The position numbers were made by a program, and so were the translations under genes. DNA of 64,000 bases from assembly GCA_002189035.1 (NCBI GenBank), contig NEEC01000010.1:1240001-1304000 (forward strand). The letters are read 5' to 3'. The notes below the pieces were generated by a model. The model saw nothing but the letters and a program-made list of their open reading frames with translations, was not told the DNA's origin and did no database searches. This DNA comes from Utricularia gibba (Eukaryota > Plantae > Magnoliophyta). Below, one piece after another: positions 1-10,266 of the stretch (its first letter is position 1; every line of letters starts with the position of its first letter).

Positions 1-1939
1 TAATCTCAAGGCATGAGGAATCAGGCATAACTGATACTGAGTTCTTCTAACCAGAATCCACAAGAAGAATGCAATCTCGAATGAGTTTTGGAACAAAATG
101 AAGTGGATCAAGTAAAGAACGAGGATCGGTTTTTTGAACCAGAAGAGTTCATCGGAAGGCCTCACAGGAGCCTCCCCTTCCGCATCACCTGCTTCCCTGC
201 TTGCAGCCTCCTTTGCTAGTTCAATTATGATGTGCTCCAGTTTCGCTCCCACGATCAGTAGAAGCTGCCCAGAAATACAAGGGATTCCTCAGTTTCCCTT
301 TTCGAATCCCCAAATCATGGATGTTTTCAGTCCACTTACTACAAGAGGTAGAAATGACAACCAGAAATAAGCATGCCATCCTACAAAGCATGCTGCCTAA
401 GTCAGTATACACAGGATAAAAGTTGTGCATTTTGAAAGGTATATTCACTCCGGAGTACCGCTGACGTTCAACAGCAAGAAGATGACGAAGAAAAGCCACA
501 AGTACCAGCTGTGAGAGAGGATCAGCTTTAGGTTCATTACATAAAACAGTGGTAGCAAGTATCTATATCCACACCTGACACCGACAATTTTCTTGAAGTC
601 ATGTTCCAGCGTCCTCAACATGTATTCATGGAAGTTGTAAGTTGGAACTCCAGGAGTATGTTTCTAGATCAAAGTTTGGGAGTTGAATTAGAACACGATA
701 ACAAGCACACAGTATGCATCATGACTATTTTGTGCCTTCAAAACAGTGACTTACTCGGATGAATCCAGATCGAAGAGCTAAGTAGTCAGACTTGGTAATT
801 GAGCCATAGAATTGCTTGAAGAAGGCTACCTGGAGATCACCACAAAACAGCATGAACATCAGACTAAAAGGGTGTCACATATGTATACATGAGCCTTACA
901 ATCCAGCTGATGACACGATACTTTCTCCAGTAGTTGCCAGCCCTCTCCTTGAACTCCCGCAACGGATCATGACGTCCACCAACTGTAAGTTATAAGGTAT
1001 ATTTATACACGGTACCGACTGACTAATCAATGGTCGACTTCTTAGTTCACCTCTGGTAGGCGCTGATCCTGGAGCTGTAATGGATTTCTCCCAGTGAGTC
1101 CATTGTCTGATCTGCATGAAATAATGCAAAAGCTTTTAAAACATGCATTTCAGTACAATGCAGCAACATTTATCGGAGTTCCCAGACAAGAACATACTCT
1201 GATTCCACCGAGAACCACCGTTGATGCACAGAAGATCACATACACGACTGCTAAAACAAATATGAAGATGTGCAGTTCATCCAGAGCTTCTATAGAGAGA
1301 AACGGGATCTGTCCCTGCAAGAAACAAACGGAGAAGACAGGCCCATTTTTCATTGCATCATCCATTTCTTTGCAATTACATTATTTCTGAATCAGCGGAA
1401 AGCAAATGTAAGTTGAAAATGCCGTGCCTCTGGGCATCGCTGCGCGTGTTCAGCCAAAAGCCTCATGTGAGGACTACTTCCATCTTCTAATCTACAGGGA
1501 AGCATAACGCTAGCGGCGTGTTCAGGTATACAAATGCGGCTAATGAGTCCTTGGATTAAGTTCAGTAGAAGCGAGATAAAGCCCAGAAGCATGAGTTCTG
1601 AAAAAAATACAGTCGAACACTAATCAAGGTTCCGCATCAAAAACAGACGATCTCAATCAGAGCAAAACTACCGTACCTTCTTTCAATTTCTCCAACGCCT
1701 CGAACAACTGCTGCTGCCGCTTGTGCTTCAGCCACTGAGGCAGAAACCACATGAAATCTTATAACAACACAATACGATACGAATCTCAAATGAGATTGAA
1801 CGACAAACACCTTTCCGAGTCTGTGAAGCGCACGCTCGGCGCAGACGGAGATGAGAACAATGACGCAGCAAACGGTGGCAACCACCCACGCCGGCGTGTA
1901 CTCGAAAGAACGCGCCTGAGAGTGAGCCTGGGCATCCAT
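1..1939 (-). CDS. MLO: MLO-like seven-transmembrane protein, MLO13/clade II-like; 3' part runs off the window
   Basis: ATG at 1939, MDAQAHSQARSFEYTPAWVVATVC. Spliced exons give EKLKEELMLLGFISLLL, LHIFIFVLAV, FFKQFYGSITKSDY, DFKKIVGVSWYLW and PSDELFWFKKP...FQNSFEIAFFLWIL. Last visible exon is 264-52. Confidence 0.95.
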
Positions 1940-2198
1940 TTCGAGAGTTTCCGGTGATACATCATCCCTGAAGTGCGCTCCAAGTCTTAAGGGCAGCAGA
2001 GCAGAGGGAAAGGAAGGAATATTTGAGTTCGAACTTGGGAAGCAAAGCATACGAGGACTGTCTACCAGCTTCAGCGTCCTCGCGCTCGCTGCTTTCGATA
2101 GAATAAGTGAAATATAATTCGGTATTTTTATTTGTTTTCCTCGTGTACTCATAAATATATGTAAAATAAATTAAATAAATATATAATAGGCTGTTTAT

Positions 2199-2249
2199 AG
2201 TGTAATAGTGTATTGGGCCCAGTGTAATAATGTAATGGGCCCAGGCCCA
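2199..2249. promoter_or_regulatory. Site II (TGGGCY) cluster upstream of MLO, inside a 22-bp tandem duplication
   Basis: TGGGCC at 2214 and 2236, AGGCCCA at 2243. Unit 2199-2220 matches 2221-2242 at 20/22. Confidence 0.5.
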
Positions 2250-2402
2250 TAAATATATTCTTCATGTCTATGATTTCTTATTGCATTTAAAAAGGGAATA
2301 ATTAATATGGACAAAACTTGGTCTGTTCAAAGCCCAATCAAACAACAACACTACGACGCCAAAAATGAAGAGAAAAAAAAAAGAGGAATCACGAACTCGA
2401 GC

Positions 2403-4575
2403 TCAGGAATCAGCAGAAATGTCGCTTCCTTTGTGTGACGGGTCGAGTGGCAGCATGAATTTCAACTCCGTTCCTTGCAGAAGCCTCGGGGATGGATTTG
2501 ATTCTATGTACTGCAAAAGCACACAAGCTTGAAAACATGAAGATGGCTTCATTCAAGGCAGCAGCTAAGGGAGTGTTTGTTACCTTGGTCAAGTTCATGC
2601 GGAAGGCGCTGATTTCTTCCTCTGTAAGACCATCCTCTTCATCATTTTCCTCCCATCCCAAGGATCGGAGGAAGGCCGCTTCTTCCTCGTCTGATATGCT
2701 CTGACTGGAGGAGGGAGGATGCATCTCTCCATTGGCAGCAAGCTTCTGGTGAGACCAAGCATGGTTGCTGCAGGTTACTGCCTTCTGGTTTGGTGCATCG
2801 GCTGTGCAGGTATTGGTGGTAGCCGGCAGTGCAGTTGCTGCAGACGATGATGTAGAGTTGCTGTTGTTCTCATGCGCGGATGAGGAGTTTGATGCTTCTG
2901 AATCAGCAGCGGAAGAGTTCTCCATGGATTTCTTTCTCACTAATTTGAAAAATTCCTTTCGACTCTGAGCTTGAAGAGTTGGTCGCTTCTCATGAACCAG
3001 CAGCACGGGCTTGCAATCCACATGGTTTGCATCGGTACTGCCTGATGCATTTGAAGGTGAAACTACACAGCCTACCACCTTGTTACTGTTTGCGGTGCTC
3101 CAGCTGTCCTTCACACCAGAGGAGACTCCGTTCTTCTCCTTCATCGATTTCAAGATGTGGAACTTTATTGGATTAGCAGGCTTCGAAGGATCTCCCTTTC
3201 CATGCAAACCACGAGGATGGTGATTCAGTGGTGCTGACAGTGGAGGCTGTGTCTGCTCCAACTTAGTTCTTTGTTTCTCTGATGAATTCAACGCCTGAGG
3301 AGACACATTTAGACATTGAGTGAACCCATAAAAAATAAAGTGCGCAGTTCACCCGGTAGAAGGGGAAAAAGTAAAGGTTTTACAATTACCAAAGCTCTGG
3401 GAATAGATGGTGTCACCGGAATCAGTTGTCTAGATTGCCTGATGGCCAGTTCTTCGCGTCTCTGAGCCTCAACAGAAAGCTACATAAAAAAACGGAGCTT
3501 AGGAGTCTTCACAGCCACTATTTTCATCAAGGAAATTGCTTTTTTAGCACACCCATCAAAACTGATTCTAATGAACTCCATGAACGTTATCAATCTTAGG
3601 ACCATATCATAAGAATATGGATATAAAAACAGGGCCACAGGGACTACCGGTGGTGGAGCTGCGGCACGTAAAGGACCATGAGTCAGAGCGTCTGCCATGT
3701 TAAAACCTGTAGATGCAGACAATCCTACAGATGTAGAACCTGAGGAGGCCACGTTAGCTGTAGAAGGAAAGGAAGACCCATTGCTCCCGACTAATATGGG
3801 AACCTCAGCTAAAGCAGAAGTCCATTTCTCTCCTAAAGATGCAGATGGACTGATGGGTAACGTCTCGATGGCAGGAGCTAATCCAGGAGATGGAACTCGT
3901 CCAACATCAGGAACGCCTGCTCTTTCATCACCCCTCAAAGATGGAAAATCTCTCTCAAATACAACTTTGTTCCCTCCACTTGGAAAACTAATCTTGGGAA
4001 ATGCACCATCAGAAATCTTTCCTCCCATGCTGATTGAATCAGAAACACCTTTTTTTGTCCATGGATCCACACCTTTCACAGGTACCGTAGACTGGGACCG
4101 CCTTAATCCCTCCCTACCTAATCTACTTCGCGGGGAGTTTCCTTGTGGTTCTGGAGCCTCCCTATACCAACGATCTTCTAAAAACGGTTTGCTGTAATCA
4201 TGACAACCATTTGTATCCTTTTCCCACTGTCTATCACGCTGGTTCCTAACAGAGCTACTATTTGATCTAAACTTACCAGAACTTGTCCCACTAGAGCTCC
4301 AATGAGCAAATGACTTAGATGGCCGTCCAAAATTATGACAATTACTATTCAAAGAGGAGTTGTTCTTTGAGACGCTTGGTGCAGAGATATCATCTGCAGA
4401 AGTAGCAGCAAAGAAGACAGAGAAGTATTTAAAAAAAAGGAAAAATAAAGAGGTCCTGACGAACACACAAAATACAAGGATTTCAAGTACCTGCATGTGA
4501 AGCAGAGGTGCCACCCGATGAGCTTGTAGAATTTTTCAGCCATTCTGGAATCAATGCGGGCTCAGTTCTCTCCAT
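2403..4575 (-). CDS. Conserved plant protein of unknown function (AT1G36990/AT4G08510-like, Ser-rich)
   Basis: Exons 4575-4491, 4393-3648, 3479-3390, 3294-2584 and 2510-2403, all GT-AG and in frame. Family motifs: EPALIPEWLK, FERDFPSL, WTSALAEVP, EELAIRQSRQLIPVTPS, EEEAAFLRSLGWEE, LTEEEISAF. Confidence 0.88.
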
Positions 4576-5639
4576 AACTACTCAGTAACATCATTATATT
4601 CTTAAGAATATAACTTTAAGTGACTCCTGTGAAATTGGAACTTTACGCATACGCAACAGCATCCCAATGCTGAATCGTCAAGTGCCTTGACTTAGGAAAC
4701 GTAAGCTCTCGAACAGAAGATGCAAAATGTTGAACAAATCTCCTGTTTCACGCATACAAAATTTCCCTTACTCCTCCCAAAAGGGGCTAGGACGAACAAG
4801 TCTATGAGAAATACCACCGGTCAATCAAGTGGGGAAAAAATCAATATATCATCACAATCTTCCTGTTTCCTCCATCAAAAAAACACTGGGAATCTCAATG
4901 CGCATCCAAAATAAAGGCTAGAACACCCTCAAGAACCAATATCACGACGCCAATATTCTCGAGACACAATCTTCCATTCCCACTCAATAACCAAACCCTA
5001 AACTCCACAACCTACCCAAAAACAACAACAAGAATCCAAGAAACCACTGAGGTTTGATCACACCCGCACCCCACCCCACAAAAATGTTACCCCAAAAAAT
5101 GTCACAAAAATCCCACAGGACTCAGAAAAAAAACACAAGGGAGAGTGAAAACAATTTCCCCCGAGCGCAATCAACGCAAAAAGAACCACCCTTTCCGTCG
5201 TCAAGCGAGAAGAAAAACCCAATTCACTCAGCGACCGGCGCCCTGAGTCAATCCAAGAACCCGATAAAGGGGTCACTCTCGGTATTGGGTTCAAGATTTC
5301 AATAGATAGAGGCAGAAAGGAGAATAAAGCGAGCGGTATAAAGGATTGGGCACACCCCGTGGCGGTTGTGTTTCGGAATTCTGTTGCGGCGTCTGCGCTG
5401 TAGCGGGTGAGAGATTTTCGTTTTTGCTTCTCTGCGCCTGCGTTTCCTTGGAACGAGATTTTACGTGGGCAACAGTTTTTGATTTTGAACGATCTCGTCC
5501 TCCTCCTCCTCGGCCCAACAACGAATTCCCCGCTTTAATTAATCACTCTTTCCATTTTTCTAAATCCGATCATCTACGACACTTCCACAAAAATAGGAAC
5601 CGATTATTCCATTAATATACGGTAAATATCATTCCGAAT

Positions 5640-5822
5640 CTGTGTTTTCAAACCCGCCGGTTAACCGAACCAGGAATTTTCGATTTTTTAAGATATGATA
5701 TTTAAATAATCATTATTATTACGATTCATCTTTGTTTAAAATTATCACCCTTTTTTTGATCGACCAAAATCAGATTTTGAATCGAATTGGTTTCTTACCG
5801 ATTCACTGATTTGAAAACATAG
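5640..5822. mobile_element. Small degenerate hAT-like non-autonomous element
   Basis: TIR CTGTGTTTTCAAA versus reverse complement of TTTGAAAACATAG (12/13). Subterminal CCGG/AACCGA/AATCGA motifs. No clean TSD. Confidence 0.4.
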
Positions 5823-6211
5823 GGCCTGTCCTGTAAACATAATTTATTGAAGTGATTCTATTTAATTTTTTAAGATTCTAATCTTTAATTGTTCTGTAAT
5901 AAAATTAGAAATTTAGATTCTGTGATTAATTTTATAATTTCAGAAAGTAAATAAAAAATTAATTAGAAAAATTATAATGTTCACTTTTTATTTTATTTTA
6001 AAAATACATTTATATTATAACATTAAATTATATAATAATTTAATATGTTAAATTTTGTAATATATATTTTATTTTATGAATACTTATAATATAATTTTAT
6101 TTTATCCCACAAAATAGTTTTACAATCTAAAATTGATTATATTCATATAATCTCAAAATTGATTCTATTCTACATAATCTGAATCAAAAATTTAAAACAC
6201 AGAACAGTCTC
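5822..6211. mobile_element. PIF/Harbinger Tourist-like MITE
   Basis: Ends GGGCCTGTCCTGT and ACAGAACAGTCTC (10/13 inverted match). 3-bp ATA on both sides (5819-5821, 6212-6214). Internal GATTCT/AATCT repeats. Confidence 0.5.
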
Positions 6212-6670
6212 ATAGTTATGATTATCCGGATTAAATCCACTTTTGACAAATTTACTTTTAGTTAGAATATTTATGAAAATTTATTCTATTTTCAGTTGTT
6301 AAAATCATAGAAAAAACCGTCCGCATTTCCCTCCCTTTTCACGGTCGGTTATGATAATGCTAAGCATTTAGAACGTGTTTGTTTAATACTGTAGGTTGGT
6401 CTATGACGATCTAGATCTTAAATTAGAGGTCGGTTTATGACGATCGAGTGTAACATAAAATATGTATAGATAGGTTAATAAAAAAAATTGATTCAAATAT
6501 TTAGAACATGTTCTGAGTATTTCATATTATATAAAATATAATAAAATAAATTTTAAGATTTTGTAAATAAAAATTTGATTCCTAAACTAGAGTTGCTTAC
6601 AGTTCTTCTAGCTGTTTGACTCATAGTATTATAAGACTGATTTATGATATATTATAAAATTTAATATATT

Positions 6671-6673
<3 letters not shown>

Positions 6674-6708
<35 letters not shown>
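6674..6708. repeat. (TA)n microsatellite, about 17 units, within AT-rich MITE-like DNA
   Basis: Read directly from the sequence. Confidence 0.95.
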
Positions 6709-6713
<5 letters not shown>

Positions 6714-7090
6714 TTATGTAAAAATAAATAATATATTTTAATATCTCTAATTTATTAAATAATTCGAATTCTCTAAAACCTGAGAGGAAAAACATCTTCG
6801 AGCAAGTAATTTACAAATAAAATATTCAATATTCATATAATTTAAACATTCAATCAAGCAAGTTAATTACGAAATCCTAATCATTAACGAAACAAGCTTT
6901 TACCTTAAACCCATCAAAACCCAAATAATCATTCTAAACACATACCACCAACCATATGTGGTGTTAAGGTAGAAAATTGTGGAATAAATAATTATATAAA
7001 TGAATTTTTTTAAAAAAAGAAAACCGAATAACAAATTCATGGTGAGGAGCAATCCGACCAAAATTTGGTTACTTGAGACACCAGAAGCAC

Positions 7091-9259
7091 CTAGATTCCT
7101 GCTGCTATCTTTTTGGTCTTCTTCCTCTCTGAGTTACAGGGTATCGCGCCATGGAGCAATATCCGCAGTTTGCCTTCCAGTAACCGCCCATGAAAGTAGC
7201 ATTTATACAGATCCCAAAAATCTTCACTGCAAGGTAAATGGAGTTACTAGAAAAAATTGTTTGAAAAGTTGTGAAGTCTGTTGACAGGGAGGTGAACAAA
7301 TAATGTTGTGTTTCTAGAACTTGTTCTGCATACATAAGCGCTATAAAAAAAATGAAATGATTTGTGTGGTGTTCAAACAGCGAATTATTTTTATCAGCAA
7401 AAAACACAGGTCACTAGAGACTAAACACAGCTGAAACATGTTTTCATGGCAAGTGGGAACCGAGCCTAAGAAAAAATGACATGAAAATGGAGGGTGAAAA
7501 TGCTGAACCTGATCTGTTTCAAGGTGAAGACAGAATATCCCTTAACATCTGTGTGCATGTCAATCACAATCACTGATAAGCGTGACAGTCCTAGCACTTC
7601 CATGTCAATTAATTTTTTGATTCTGGAAAAAAAAGGTAGTTGAGCATTGATGATTGCCGTAATGCAGTAATAGAACGTCTAGCTGGAAAAAAGTACTGAG
7701 GATAATAGTAGGCAACATTCTCCGCACCTGCTTGGAGTTCCACTGGCAATGTTAACACGGTACTTTAAAATAGAGACCTGCACATGACATAACAAAGCTA
7801 TTCATCAAAGGGGATGGTGTTATGACACATAGAAGGCGACTGATGACAAGACAGAAAGACAATCACGGAGAAAACATGAGATACAGAGAATGAACGTACA
7901 TTTCGGTCTATTCACTCAGTTTAAAAATGGAAAACTTAAAGTTCTGCAATCTCTACTCCCTCACAATTTAACATCATTGTTAATAAGGGAACTTATGGCT
8001 ATAAACAATTATTTTCTCAACTTTGGCAAACAGAAAAATCCTGGTTTAGTTTACTTTAAACTTTTGTTTAGCCTAAACCGAAAACTGGCATAGGTATACA
8101 GCGAATCCTCCATTCGTCATTGCAAAAGTACTACTATGATAATACACCTGCTCCTCAATCTTCATGTGCTTCGAGAAGAGCTTTGCAGCATGGCATTCTT
8201 TTGTCAAAGATCGCAAATCTCTGTACAGAGTACTACATAATTAATTGAGGATGCAACAAAAAAGTTCAAAGTAATCAAAACAAACAATAATCATAATTGG
8301 AGATTTAAATTGGATCTGGTAAAAAAACTCATTGCATAAACAGGAAGGAAAGATTGAAAAGATGGAGGGTTGAACCTGAGAAGCTCTAATGATCTTATTG
8401 CTGATGAACTAATTATAAGAAGTGCTGGACTTCCAGGATCAATCTGACCTTCCACAAGATTCCCTTGGCAAAGCACTTCCTGCCATGAAGAACCAAAAGC
8501 ATCCTTCACTTGCTCATCCAATTTCAACATTTTGTGCCGCGTTGGATCACGACATAGCTCAATAAATGAAGTATCTGTCTATTTAAAACGTCACATCAAA
8601 ACAAATTTCACAAAGAAAAGATCAAAATATTCATAAAATTGAAGAAATAAGATGTGCGACATACTGATTCAAGGTGAATAGCAACCATTACCAAGCAACA
8701 GGCTTCAGAAAACCCAAAAAACTACAGCATCATGGTTTTCACCAAAGATAATAGACTCAGTATTGGTCTTTGGGGGTGCGTTGAGAGAAATCAATAATGC
8801 TTTAGCTAGGATTAACTAACTGGCTGGTTTTTTTTCAAAATCCAAAATATGGGAGATGTTATAGAAAGGAGTTGTAGCATTCGCAGCCTCGCAAAGGTTA
8901 CTGAAAAAAACTACCCTAAGCAGATATTGCAGGATATAGCGAAAGTCGCAACCTTTGAGCAACTCAACCTCTAGGGTTGAAAGCTGAACCTCATTCGCAG
9001 ATTGATACTGGCTAACAAAAAAACTCAGCTGTTGAGAGGCGCTCGCGTACTGAACGGCATTATTTTCCACTTTCGACGCGGCATTAGCCGGCGGCGCTGC
9101 TCCGTGTTCATCCTCACAGTTCTTCTTCAATTTCCTGCCCTTTGTGCTCTCTGTCTTGCCCTTCCCTTGCGCCTTACGGATAGACTTCTCCGGCCTCAGT
9201 TTCCGTAGCTTCTTCTTGCGATTACCAGTACCCTCTGAGGTGGCGGCTGCAGGAGCCAT
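7091..9259 (-). CDS. CMSS1: Protein CMSS1/Cms1 (90S pre-ribosome associated)
   Basis: ATG at 9259 with Lys-rich N-terminus. Exons give SQQLSFF..QSAN, GSPALLIISSSAIRSLELLR, KLFSKHMKIEEQ, RVNIASGTPSRIKKLID, IDMHTDVKGYSVFTL and FWDLYKCYFHGRLLEG. TAG at 7093-7091. Confidence 0.88.
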
Positions 9260-9712
9260 ACTTGCCGATGCTCCCCCAGACAGTTCAACTTTCAAAGAAT
9301 GAAGCAAATACCCAGCTACGCCGTCCACGATTTTCAGTTTTCTTTCTTTTTCAGTTAAATATATAAAGTAATTAAATATTTTACGTTTCAAATTATTTTG
9401 ATTTTTATATCAAATAATATATATTTTTATTGCCTTATAATCAAATACTAATACTTTTTATTTTAAAAAAAATAAAAATTACACTTAAGGTAATCATTTT
9501 CCTTGAAATCTCCAATATTTTAAAATTATAAATTTAATCAAGTATTAAATCTAATTCAATTAAATCCATAATAATGATAAATTAAATTTAAATTCATAAT
9601 TAAATCGAAGAATAAATGTAATCCATTTTTGATTCATTACCATCGGTATGATTCCTCTAGTGGTGCTCGAGGTCTCTCGAGTCTAACTTATTTTTATACT
9701 TAATTACACTAT

Positions 9713-10018
9713 GAGTATGTTTGGTATACGAGATAAGTGATATTTTTACTTATGATTATATTTTTAGTGTGTTTGATATGGATGATTGAACAATTACTAG
9801 TGATTCAGCAAACTCACGATAATCTAACATACATAGTAATAATGAAACGTAGGGGGATGGGTCAAATTGTTAAAATCAATGTATAATTTGTCTAATCACA
9901 AATAAACTCAATTATACATACCAAACATAAAAATATATAATCTATTATATTTAATATACATTAATCACAAATAATCCAAAACCCTCATTATATATAATCT
10001 CTTGTACCAAACATGCCC
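9713..10018. mobile_element. Tourist (PIF/Harbinger) MITE, 306 bp
   Basis: TIR GAGTATGTTTGGTA versus reverse complement GGGCATGTTTGGTA (12/14). TAT target-site duplication at 9710-9712 and 10019-10021. Confidence 0.75.
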
Positions 10019-10266
10019 TATGTTAATTCAATTGGCAACATCTCTCAAGGGAAAAACTTGATCGAAAGTTTCTAGGAAGTACCCTACAATGGGACGGCAT
10101 TCGGACAGTGGACGCTCGTGATGCATGAGACCATCCTTTAATTTAAGTATTGCCTTGGGTCCGAACACACTCGAAGAAGTACAAAAAATGTGATAACAAA
10201 CATTATGAGATTTCCCGTAAAACTCAATGCAGCTTGAAATGGTTCCCCAGACACACTCCGGGGCGG

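Noticed and set aside
3697-4197. 166-aa plus-strand ORF, and similar ORFs at 38796-39266, 47174-47590, 47298-47711 and 47521-48009
   Set aside because: These are antisense shadows of real exons or products of low-complexity leader sequence, mostly with non-ATG starts and no recognisable domain.
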